IMG/VR virus record: IMGVR_UViG_3300023053_000001
Coordinates: 160,001-224,000 of that record
Direction: 5' to 3' (one strand)
Length of the DNA: 64,000 nt
DNA from: a virus
Lineage: Duplodnaviria; Caudoviricetes
The translations under genes were made by a program, and so were the position numbers. The notes beneath the pieces were generated by a model. The model did no database searches, was not told the origin of the DNA, and saw only the letters and a list, made by a program, of their open reading frames with translations. Numbering within the stretch: position 1 is the stretch's first letter; every line of letters begins with the position of its first letter. Shown here piece after piece: positions 28,599 through 36,686 of this stretch.

Positions 28599-29348
28599 AT
28601 GGACACCACTCCTGACACTTCGCTCCTTGAGAACTTCTTTTCTCTGCATGCACCGGATCTGCGTAAGAAGGTGCGTATCGTAACGCCGGCGATCCTGGGT
28701 CAGGAGCATTTGCTGCACATCAGCAAGGATGCCAACATCAAGGTGTTCACGCCCAATGTCACTCGCCGGGCGGCGCACAAAGAGGATCGCTCCGTGGCCC
28801 GTGTGTGCGTGGCCCCATCACTGGTGGCCTGCATGTACGGCTACTCGAGCATCCTGTGGGAATACGGTAACGATCTGAACCAGTCCTACTACTCAGGCGA
28901 TAAAACCGTCAAGTGGAATGGTGGCTGGACGATCTACGGCATTCCCTACAAGGTCGCCCTGTTCCCCAGCGAGCAGTTGGTGCCCCGTGGCCCGGACTCG
29001 GATGAACACTGGTTGGTCACCACCGACAAAGACACCTCGCATTTCAAGCCGGTGGTCTTTGGCGAGTTCTATCTGGAATCCTCCGTGCAGGTCCATGTGC
29101 GTGGTAAGAAGCAAACCACCGTGGAGATCTGGGTGAAGGTCACCCATCCCGATGGTCTGTTCCTGGACAAGCAGCATCACATCGCACCGGGCTGCTGGGT
29201 AGCGCGCGTTCGTGACTTTGACACCGCCAATGGCGTGGCTGGTCGCAACACGCTGGATTTGACCCAGATCAGTGAGAAGGAATACACCACTCGCCGTCAG
29301 CTTTCCCTCTCGGCTGAGTCGCGTCGACCCATCTCCGCCACATGGTGA
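28599..29348 (+). CDS. Conserved phage protein, possibly virion-packaged, with a weak ADP-ribosyltransferase-like motif pattern
   Basis: LLHIS...FTP...EDRSVARVCVAPSL motif and C-terminus SAESRRPISATW. Confidence 0.55.
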   Translation: MDTTPDTSLLENFFSLHAPDLRKKVRIVTPAILGQEHLLHISKDANIKVFTPNVTRRAAHKEDRSVARVCVAPSLVACMYGYSSILWEYGNDLNQSYYSGDKTVKWNGGWTIYGIPYKVALFPSEQLVPRGPDSDEHWLVTTDKDTSHFKPVVFGEFYLESSVQVHVRGKKQTTVEIWVKVTHPDGLFLDKQHHIAPGCWVARVRDFDTANGVAGRNTLDLTQISEKEYTTRRQLSLSAESRRPISATW

Positions 29349-29394
29349 CATAGCTCCTGCTCCCCTCACCGGGAGCAGGAGTTGTTATGCCGTT
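29347..29394 (+). terminator. GACATA-hairpin-TATGCCGTT element
   Basis: GCTCCTGCTCCC/GGGAGCAGGAGT stem with no canonical U-tract. Confidence 0.75.
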
Positions 29395-29401
29395 GGTAAT
29401 T

Positions 29402-29419
29402 TTTTCATCCACATATTAC
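29402..29419 (+). promoter_or_regulatory. Putative phage early promoter TTTTCATCCACATATTAC
   Basis: 17/18 identical to 63651-63668. Both are intergenic and upstream of + genes. The ATATTAC end resembles the phiKZ early promoter core TATATTAC. Confidence 0.6.
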
Positions 29420-29448
29420 TCGTATGTACCCTCTAACGAGACACTGAC

Positions 29449-30837
29449 GTGATTGCTCACCTTGAAGCAACTGCCGCACAATTCATGGCGTTCACCAAAG
29501 AACACCCCGCAGTAGGCTTCGCCGTCTCGGCATGGGGTCTGGCGGTGCTGAGCTGGGCGCTGCGCGATATTCCCACGAAGGTGTTTGGATGGATCAAGCA
29601 CCAGAGCACCACGTATCTGGAAATCCACAACGAGAGTGTGGGTACCAACCAGCAGTCCTTCGACAACTTCTGCACGTGGCTGTTTGCCCAGCCCAGTGCG
29701 CGCTTCTCGCGCAGCCTGATGATGAATGGCGGCTGGCGTAACGAACAGCGCCGTAACGGCATGCGGGTGTACAGCAGCTGCACCTACGTTGGTCCCGGTG
29801 ACGGCACGCACTTCTTCTTCGTGGGCCGGCGGTTGTTCTGGGCCAAGGTGACCTCCATCCGTGAGGGTGCAATCAACGAGATCAAGCGCAGCATCATCGT
29901 CACCACCTTCGGTCGTAAACATGCACCGCTGCGTGAACTGGTGGACATGATCAGCTACAAGCCCGATCCGGAACGCATCATGCGTCACACCTACAGCAGT
30001 GAAGGCTGGCAGCACAACGGTGCCATTGCACGTCGTCCCATGTCCACGGTCCTGCTCAACAACGGACTGGCCGATGAAATCCTCGAGCGCATCCGTGAGT
30101 TCGAAGGCAGTCGGCAGTGGTATGAGGAACGCGGCATCTCCTACAAGCTGTCCTTGCTGTTCCATGGGCCGACCGGTACGGGTAAGACCAGTCTGGCCCG
30201 AGCGCTGGCTGGATTGCTGAACCGTTCCATCTACCAGTTCAATCTGGCCCTGATGACGGACACTTCGCTGGAGAAGGCAGTCTCTTCCATTCCCAGCGAT
30301 TCGATCCTGCTGGTGGAAGACTTCGATTCGGCCTCGGCCCTGCGTGCGCGCAAGAATATCCACAAGGGCGCCAAGTCCAAGAAGGCTCGCCCGGTCGCTG
30401 ATGCGCCTGTCGCGCCGTATGACTCTGAACAGCTCACTCCTGCGCCGCAGAGCGATCAGGGTATCGGCCAATCGCTGGCTGACCTGATGAGCCCCCTGAC
30501 GCTGTCCGGTGTCCTCAACAGCTTTGACGGCGTGGCCGGTCTGGATGGTTGCATCATCATCTTCTCGACCAATGCCATAGCCGACATCGATGAGACCATG
30601 CTGCGGCCGGGTCGTATCGATGAGAAGTACCTGATCGACCATCTCAACCATGAGTCGATCGTCAGCTACATCCAGCGCTTTGCGCCTGATGTTGCCATCC
30701 CTGCCGGAGAGTTCGATTCCATCTCCGGCGCCCAGCTGCAAGCGATCTTGTTGCGCAACCTGCGTAACTTGGATCAGTTCGTAGCTGAAATCCCGATGCT
30801 GTACCCACAATTGACTCAGGAGAAGAACGCAGCATGA
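29449..30837 (+). CDS. Membrane-anchored Bcs1-like AAA+ ATPase
   Basis: N-terminal hydrophobic helix AVGFAVSAWGLAVLSWAL and a BCS1_N-like middle domain (GPGDGTHFF). Then RRPMSTVLL, WYEERGISY, Walker A GPTGTGKT (30166-30189), Walker B LLVEDFD, TLSGVLNSFDG and LRPGRID. Confidence 0.85.
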   Translation: MIAHLEATAAQFMAFTKEHPAVGFAVSAWGLAVLSWALRDIPTKVFGWIKHQSTTYLEIHNESVGTNQQSFDNFCTWLFAQPSARFSRSLMMNGGWRNEQRRNGMRVYSSCTYVGPGDGTHFFFVGRRLFWAKVTSIREGAINEIKRSIIVTTFGRKHAPLRELVDMISYKPDPERIMRHTYSSEGWQHNGAIARRPMSTVLLNNGLADEILERIREFEGSRQWYEERGISYKLSLLFHGPTGTGKTSLARALAGLLNRSIYQFNLALMTDTSLEKAVSSIPSDSILLVEDFDSASALRARKNIHKGAKSKKARPVADAPVAPYDSEQLTPAPQSDQGIGQSLADLMSPLTLSGVLNSFDGVAGLDGCIIIFSTNAIADIDETMLRPGRIDEKYLIDHLNHESIVSYIQRFAPDVAIPAGEFDSISGAQLQAILLRNLRNLDQFVAEIPMLYPQLTQEKNAA

Positions 30838-31181
30838 CTCGTACCGAGATTGTCGAGCTGTACATCAAGTACCGCGACCGTGTCCAGAAAGATGCCCACA
30901 CATCCACCTACCTCGGCCAGCTGGACCGTATCGACCGCCTCATCCAGAGCACCTCCGGCAAGCCGGATGTCAAGCTGCGTGACTACGGCCGACTGCTCAA
31001 GACCTACCTGCCGGAACTGACCGGCAAGCTGGGCTTGGTCACTGCCCATGGACACTTCCTCGTTGCCTGCCACCTGTACGACCAGGGCAACGACGTCCAG
31101 ATGGCTCTCAAGCGCGCCCGTACGGTCTACGAGACCAAACTGGCCACTCTGCCCGCTGCCCTGAACGGGTACGCCTCCTGA
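30834..31181 (+). CDS. Hypothetical protein
   Basis: 115 aa, ATGA-coupled to the AAA gene, AGGAG SD. Confidence 0.75.
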   Translation: MTRTEIVELYIKYRDRVQKDAHTSTYLGQLDRIDRLIQSTSGKPDVKLRDYGRLLKTYLPELTGKLGLVTAHGHFLVACHLYDQGNDVQMALKRARTVYETKLATLPAALNGYAS

Positions 31182-31193
31182 CGTCATACAAGC

Positions 31194-31226
31194 GCATACA
31201 GGCAGGTTCCCCCTGCCTGTTATGCC
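31194..31226 (+). terminator. GCATA-hairpin-TATGCC element
   Basis: ACAGGCAGG-ttccc-CCTGCCTGT followed by TATGCC. Confidence 0.75.
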
Positions 31227-31247
31227 CACTGCTGAAAAGGTAACGAC

Positions 31248-32228
31248 ATGTCCGACAAAGAAAAGATCAAGCTGCTGCAAGTCCCGGCCTTGGCGCCGAT
31301 CGCAGGTGGGGTCAATGACGAAGATCCCATCATGAACTTCCGCATGTGGTTGCGAGAGGTGGTCAGTGACTGCATCACCCCGCTGGAACTGCATCTGCAG
31401 ACGGTCGTGATCGATCCGGCTAACGATAGTCCGGAATACATCCAGGCCATCAGTGCAGCGCAGAATTTCATTACGGTCATCAAGACCGAAATGAAGGAAA
31501 TCGCCACCATCCAAAACAAGGCCATGTTCGCCGAAGCCTACAAGGACTTCCTGCAGGTGATCAACACGTACCGTGGGTCGGTCGAACAGGCTACTCAGAT
31601 CAACTTCGAGATCGTCGGGTTCAGCCCGGAGATTTACAACGTCAACGAAGTGCTCAACATCGCAGAGTACCATGGCAAGTTTGTCAAAGAACTGGATACC
31701 ATCTATCAGTCGGCGATAAGCCTGACCCATCAGTACGACGCCCGACTCCATCGCCATTTCTTCATTCTGGCCGATCTGGTGCGCTTCATCGCCACTCAGT
31801 TGATTCGAGCGCGCACGTCCAACAGCTACAAGCAGCTGCGACGCATCCGTCACGAGATCGACGGCGAACTGGCTGGCTTCCAGTATCAGTTGCGCGAGAT
31901 CGAATCCCCGCGCATGCCCGACGAAGATCAGACCGGCAAGATCCCGCCCGCGGTACTGGGCGTGGACTTTGCGCGCGGCTGGGTAATGCGTGAACTGCAG
32001 TACGTTCGCGGCTCGCTGATCATGACTCTTCAGACCCTGAAGGATCGCCTGACGGGTGAGCAGACGCAGGCGCTGTTTGATGCACATCAGTGGATGGACC
32101 GGGTGGAAAACCGCATCATGGGCGTGACCACGCATGCTGGACTGCAGGAACAGTTTGACCTGATGAACTTCCGTCAGGCCGAGCTGAGTGAGAATATCTT
32201 CCCTGAACTGCATCAGAAGCCGGCATGA
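31248..32228 (+). CDS. Hypothetical all-helical protein
   Basis: 326-aa ORF with an AAGGT SD and typical codon usage. Confidence 0.8.
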   Translation: MSDKEKIKLLQVPALAPIAGGVNDEDPIMNFRMWLREVVSDCITPLELHLQTVVIDPANDSPEYIQAISAAQNFITVIKTEMKEIATIQNKAMFAEAYKDFLQVINTYRGSVEQATQINFEIVGFSPEIYNVNEVLNIAEYHGKFVKELDTIYQSAISLTHQYDARLHRHFFILADLVRFIATQLIRARTSNSYKQLRRIRHEIDGELAGFQYQLREIESPRMPDEDQTGKIPPAVLGVDFARGWVMRELQYVRGSLIMTLQTLKDRLTGEQTQALFDAHQWMDRVENRIMGVTTHAGLQEQFDLMNFRQAELSENIFPELHQKPA

Positions 32229-32650
32229 TCACGCTGCAACATTTCCAGACGGACGCGCTCTACCAATACCTGGCTCAGGAAATGATGCTCGAGAGCGACG
32301 ACGTTGATCGCGACGTGCTCTGCGTGCCGGCAAACATGCTCGGTCGCTGGGCTCCTTTCGCCATCATCTTCGAAGGGCGCCTGGCCGGGTTTGTCTGTTT
32401 CGATATGGAGCAGCGCTATCTGGCCATGCTCTATGTCAACCCTGCGTTCCGGGGTAACGGAATTGCCCAGTTCGTTATTCGCCTACTCCAGCCCACATGG
32501 CTGGATGTCAAGCCCAATAACTTGCTGGCCCGCAAGCTGTATGAACGACTGGGGTATGTCGTAGCGCCGCACCAACCTTTCTCACAACGCGTGCGTTACT
32601 TCCACTTCAGTCATCCGGAGATTTATGGAAAAGCAACGAACCCCGCTTGA
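32225..32650 (+). CDS. GNAT-family N-acetyltransferase
   Basis: LYVNPAFRGNGIA (motif A, acetyl-CoA binding) and N..ARKLYERLGY (motif B). Confidence 0.85.
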   Translation: MITLQHFQTDALYQYLAQEMMLESDDVDRDVLCVPANMLGRWAPFAIIFEGRLAGFVCFDMEQRYLAMLYVNPAFRGNGIAQFVIRLLQPTWLDVKPNNLLARKLYERLGYVVAPHQPFSQRVRYFHFSHPEIYGKATNPA

Positions 32651-32984
32651 AGAGCAGAAGATCCACTTCGAGGCCATCGTCACCCTGATCCAGTCGGCTG
32701 AGAAAGTGATCGAGCGTGCCGAGCATCTCAAGGACGGCTTCAACCACAAGCCGTTTGCCGAGATGGTCGATGCCAACGTCAACGTGCTGCGTGCACAGGC
32801 AGATGTACTGCGACCGCTGCTGGATAGCAAAACCGTGCTGAGCCTGCAGCAGATGCTCTTCATCCGCGAGTCGGCAGCCACGGTACGTCGCTGCATGGAA
32901 CAGTTGGATACCAACATCACGCTGATGACCCAGCATCGCAACTCCAAGATGATCAACATCGGGGGTCTGGGCAATGGTCGCTGA
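32625..32984 (+). CDS. Small helical hypothetical protein
   Basis: 119 aa with a GGAG SD, overlapping the GNAT end. Confidence 0.75.
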   Translation: MEKQRTPLEEQKIHFEAIVTLIQSAEKVIERAEHLKDGFNHKPFAEMVDANVNVLRAQADVLRPLLDSKTVLSLQQMLFIRESAATVRRCMEQLDTNITLMTQHRNSKMINIGGLGNGR

Positions 32985-33294
32985 GCGTTTCGGTAAGCTC
33001 AACGAGGATGAGCAGACCAAACTCCACCTGATGTTGTTTGAGAACACGCTCGTCGCATTGGAAGCCATGCATGGCATGATGGACCTGTGTCTGTTCATCG
33101 GTCGCGTTCCGTTACTGCGACGTGGGAAGGCCCGTGTGTTTATCGCGCAGGTCAACACCGAGCTGGAGTGGGTACGTAACCTGAAGATGCTCACGGCCCA
33201 TCAGCAGTTCAGTGCCAGCGACTTGAACGATCTGGATCGCTCGACCAGTAAGGCCAACGCCGCAATGAAATCCTTCCGCGATCTGATGAGGTAA
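32974..33294 (+). CDS. Small helical hypothetical protein (paralog of 33297-33638)
   Basis: 106 aa with N-terminus FGKLNEDEQTKLHLMLFENT. Confidence 0.75.
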   Translation: MVAERFGKLNEDEQTKLHLMLFENTLVALEAMHGMMDLCLFIGRVPLLRRGKARVFIAQVNTELEWVRNLKMLTAHQQFSASDLNDLDRSTSKANAAMKSFRDLMR

Positions 33295-33296
33295 AC

Positions 33297-33638
33297 ATGT
33301 CTGGAGTATTTTCCGCTCTCGGTGAAAAGCAGCAAGCCGAGCTGTGTCAGCTGCTGTTCCATTCCACGATCGACAAGATCAAGATGATGAAGGTCTGCGT
33401 GCGCATGCATAGTGCGCTCGTCAACGCCGGGATGAAGCCGCCTGCCGATGCAGTAAACCTCGAGAAGCTGGTCTCGGTAACCCGGGTGCTCAACCATCAG
33501 GAAGATGCGCTCAAGCACTATCGGCGCAAGTCGCAGGAGGGCGCCCTCACTGACGATGATGCCCTGTTCATCGCTACGGCGATCAGCAACGTCGATATGG
33601 CTATCAACAAGCTGAGCGAAGTGCTGGCCGCAGAGTAG
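33297..33638 (+). CDS. Small helical hypothetical protein (paralog of 32974-33294)
   Basis: 113 aa with N-terminus FSALGEKQQAELCQLLFHST. Confidence 0.75.
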   Translation: MSGVFSALGEKQQAELCQLLFHSTIDKIKMMKVCVRMHSALVNAGMKPPADAVNLEKLVSVTRVLNHQEDALKHYRRKSQEGALTDDDALFIATAISNVDMAINKLSEVLAAE

Positions 33639-33810
33639 ATTCAAAAAAACTTGGGACACACATCATCCATGAGTCAAGGCTATTGATAATAGCTGCGGCA
33701 GATCTGCTGTAAACACCGCGTCAACATCTGGGTGAAAAAATAAACCGCTACCTGCTGGTATGCGGTAACGCCCGCACACATTTCCGCAACGAACCACGAG
33801 AATCGCACCC

Positions 33811-34293
33811 ATGAGCAAGAAAGAAGTCGTCACCCGCGAAAGCCTGGACGTCAACGATGCAATCGGCAAGCTGGCCGACGTCATGAAGAGCCACGCCACT
33901 GTCGATGCCAGCGGCTCGCTGACCATCAACAAGGACGCGGCTACCGCCCTGCTGGACGCCGGCGGCAACTCCGCTGCCGAGCAGAAGAAGCAGCAGGACT
34001 ACAACAGCCACTTCACCAGCGCCGCCCACCTGACCCTGGTGGAACTGGGCGTGCCGCACCTGGCCAAGCACCCGGAGCTGAAGGAAGTGTCCATCGTGGT
34101 CAACAACGGCCGCGACCAGGTGTCGGCCGTGCTGAGCCGCGAGACCAGCAACCGCAACCCGGCCACCGGCGAAACCACCGTGGTCAACGGCGCCATCCGT
34201 GGCAAGTACCGTTCCTTCGGTTCGACCAACAGCCGCGGCGACCTGAAGAAGGTCGGCGACTACGGCAAGCGCCTGGCCGATTCCCTGCTGTAA
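33811..34293 (+). CDS. Highly expressed hypothetical protein
   Basis: 160 aa with almost exclusively C/G-ending codons, its own 170-bp upstream region and a terminator. Confidence 0.85.
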   Translation: MSKKEVVTRESLDVNDAIGKLADVMKSHATVDASGSLTINKDAATALLDAGGNSAAEQKKQQDYNSHFTSAAHLTLVELGVPHLAKHPELKEVSIVVNNGRDQVSAVLSRETSNRNPATGETTVVNGAIRGKYRSFGSTNSRGDLKKVGDYGKRLADSLL

Positions 34294-34312
34294 TTCACCA
34301 GCGCCGGCCTGT

Positions 34313-34342
34313 CGGACTCCGCTCCTTCGGGAGCGGAGTCCG
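34313..34342 (+). terminator. 13-bp hairpin with a UUCG loop
   Basis: CGGACTCCGCTCC-TTCG-GGAGCGGAGTCCG. Confidence 0.75.
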
Positions 34343-34381
34343 CTACTGACCCCTTATCATTTTAGTCGAAGGACTCTGCGC

Positions 34382-34879
34382 ATGCCGCACAGCCGTGGCC
34401 CCTTGAGGGCATCGCACACCCTGCCGTTCCCGGTGGAAGATCTGGACGAGTTCATCCGTCAGGTCGACTCACTGCCGACCGGTGTGGACAACATCTCCAT
34501 GTCTGAAGAGACGGTGGAGGGTCGGCAGATGGTTCGCCTGTATGCCGAAAGCGGTAACTGGCCCGACGAGGTGGATCTTCCGGATCTGATTTCGTCGCAC
34601 CTGCCGCAAAACGAGATTGCCGTCGTCGTCTCCACCAATATCGATGACGCCGCGCACTCGGATGTTTCCTTGGTCGCTATCGACAATAGCGGCGAGACGA
34701 TGCACAGCAGTTTCGAAGACATGGTCACCGACTTCCAGGACTCGGCGCGTACGCTGGGTATGGGTGGCGGCTTCCGTCAGCCGGTGCTGGTGGAAGAAGT
34801 CGACGTTCTCTCTGTCGAGGATGAAGATGATGACGGTGCCCCCGAACCGGAACTGCCGGTCGAAGACGACGACGAATAA
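34382..34879 (+). CDS. Hypothetical protein, paralog family A
   Basis: 165 aa with TLPFPVEDLDEF / VRLYAESGNW / HLPQNEIA motifs and an acidic tail. Confidence 0.75.
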   Translation: MPHSRGPLRASHTLPFPVEDLDEFIRQVDSLPTGVDNISMSEETVEGRQMVRLYAESGNWPDEVDLPDLISSHLPQNEIAVVVSTNIDDAAHSDVSLVAIDNSGETMHSSFEDMVTDFQDSARTLGMGGGFRQPVLVEEVDVLSVEDEDDDGAPEPELPVEDDDE

Positions 34880-34895
34880 CCAATAGGAGCGGACA

Positions 34896-35267
34896 GTGGA
34901 ACTGTTTACTATCAAGCTGGGTAGGCAACTCGGCTACCAAGCTCAGCGAGCAGGCATCACCGTGGTGGACTCTACCGTCAAAGGGAAGTCTCTGCTGTTC
35001 GCTCCGACCTGGGACATCGTCATGGGACACAAGAACGGCACTGTCTCCGATCAGGAGTACCGTGACGTTTACTTGGCCAAGATGCGTCAGAGTTGGATCG
35101 ACCATCGGGCTGCGTGGGAAGAGTTCCTGCGCCAAGACGGCTGGGTAGCCATCGGGTGTTATTGCGACCCCGGATGCTTCTGCCACCGCCTGATCCTTGT
35201 CGAGCTTTTTGAGATGCTGTGCAAGAAGCTGGACATCCCCTTTACGTACTACGGTGAGTTTCAATGA
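34896..35267 (+). CDS. DUF488-like protein
   Basis: FAPTWDIVMGHK...EYR..YLAKMR...IGCYC...FCHR matches the AP / CY..CHR pattern of DUF488-type proteins. GTG start with a GGAG SD. Confidence 0.65.
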   Translation: MELFTIKLGRQLGYQAQRAGITVVDSTVKGKSLLFAPTWDIVMGHKNGTVSDQEYRDVYLAKMRQSWIDHRAAWEEFLRQDGWVAIGCYCDPGCFCHRLILVELFEMLCKKLDIPFTYYGEFQ

Positions 35268-35626
35268 GCAAAGCCTCCAACACCGCAAAGACGCTCAGCG
35301 AACGAGTCCACGAAGCAGTCCGTGCGGAGATCGCACGCTGCCTGAAGAAACTGCCTGAGCTGAGCAAGCTGAAGGTCGATGACGTGTTTACCTCGTTACC
35401 GGCAGCAGCTATGGTGCATATCCACCTGACTGGCACGGACACGCCCGTGCAGGTTACGTGGTATCGCCACAACAACCTGATCAATGTCAACCTCCGTGAT
35501 GAACGTAAGTTCGACGGACTTGACTACACGCTGTCGCTGGGCGAGATCGTCCCGGCGGCAATTGCAGCCAAACACCTCAAGCTGAACAACGCTGCCGCTA
35601 CGGCCGCCATTGCGCGTATGCGCTGA
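35264..35626 (+). CDS. Hypothetical protein
   Basis: 120 aa, ATGA-coupled to the upstream gene. Confidence 0.7.
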   Translation: MSKASNTAKTLSERVHEAVRAEIARCLKKLPELSKLKVDDVFTSLPAAAMVHIHLTGTDTPVQVTWYRHNNLINVNLRDERKFDGLDYTLSLGEIVPAAIAAKHLKLNNAAATAAIARMR

Positions 35627-35636
35627 GATCAACATC

Positions 35637-35978
35637 ATGCCGAAGAAAGGTTCTATCAATCCCCCCAAGAACGACGTCCGCTACAAGGAAGTCGTCGATC
35701 AATCCACCGGTGAAGTTGAGCGCCTGGACATCTACGTCAACGGCCGCTACGTCACCTCGCAGGATGACCCGGCCGATGCACGTCAGATGGCCGAAGCATT
35801 CCGCCGTCCGGCCAAGGGCGGTTACACGGTCCGTCCCAACGGACTGCAGTCGGACATCATCAACCAGGCCACCGGCAGCTGCAAGGGCAGCTACGGTAAC
35901 GAAGACACGGCCTGGAAGGTGGTCAACAAACTCAACAAGATGGCGGGCTATGAACAGCACGATCCCCGGAACCCTTGA
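35637..35978 (+). CDS. Hypothetical protein
   Basis: 113 aa from the ATG at 35637, with typical codon usage. Confidence 0.7.
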   Translation: MPKKGSINPPKNDVRYKEVVDQSTGEVERLDIYVNGRYVTSQDDPADARQMAEAFRRPAKGGYTVRPNGLQSDIINQATGSCKGSYGNEDTAWKVVNKLNKMAGYEQHDPRNP

Positions 35979-36252
35979 TCGCCAGATTGGCGACATCGCC
36001 TTTCTGAACACGGAAGTATCCAATTCGGGTACCGTGCTCACTGCAGCTGGCGAAGTCGGCCACTGCAGTCGCGATAACTTCGACGCAGTGGTCCAAACCC
36101 TGCGTTCGGGTCTCAGCTACAGCGACGTGCTGGCCGTGTCCATTCGCGGCTGTAACGTGCGCCGTGTTGAAGTGAGGGGTAAGTACCTCATGATCGCCAC
36201 CCAGAAACAACTTGAAAACCTCAGGAAACTTCTGAGCCCTTCGGTCGAGTAA
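35950..36252 (+). CDS. Hypothetical protein
   Basis: 100 aa from the ATG at 35950, with a short overlap. It fills the gap to the next gene. Confidence 0.55.
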   Translation: MNSTIPGTLDRQIGDIAFLNTEVSNSGTVLTAAGEVGHCSRDNFDAVVQTLRSGLSYSDVLAVSIRGCNVRRVEVRGKYLMIATQKQLENLRKLLSPSVE

Positions 36253-36266
36253 CAGGAGAGCCTTCC

Positions 36267-36686
36267 ATGGCTGTCAACATCAACAACGATCGCATCATGC
36301 CCGATTACTCGACCATGACGCGCACCTCGCAGTTCCGTGTCCGTGACATCTCCGCGTTCCGCGCGGCGCTGTCGCTGTATCCGAACATCCTCATCCACGT
36401 GGTCGACGATCATCGCGATACCGTACGTCTGACCACGCGTGATGGGACGTGGTTCACCCACTTTGATCGTGGGATGGAACTGTGCTGCGTCGATGAAATC
36501 CTCGCGGAGCATCTCCGTGAAGGTGAAATCGCACACCTCTACCTGATCGGATGTAGTGACACCGATGTCCAGTTCACGCGCTATAGCGTGGACGATCAGG
36601 GCCGCTGGAAAGCCAGCACGCGCGATGACGAAGAGTCACTCATCGCACAACAACTCCGCAACGTCAAGGTTGAAGACCACACATGA
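36267..36686 (+). CDS. Hypothetical protein, paralog family A
   Basis: 139 aa with TSQFRVRDISAF / VRLTTRDGTW / HLREGEIA motifs and an AGGAG SD. Confidence 0.75.
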   Translation: MAVNINNDRIMPDYSTMTRTSQFRVRDISAFRAALSLYPNILIHVVDDHRDTVRLTTRDGTWFTHFDRGMELCCVDEILAEHLREGEIAHLYLIGCSDTDVQFTRYSVDDQGRWKASTRDDEESLIAQQLRNVKVEDHT

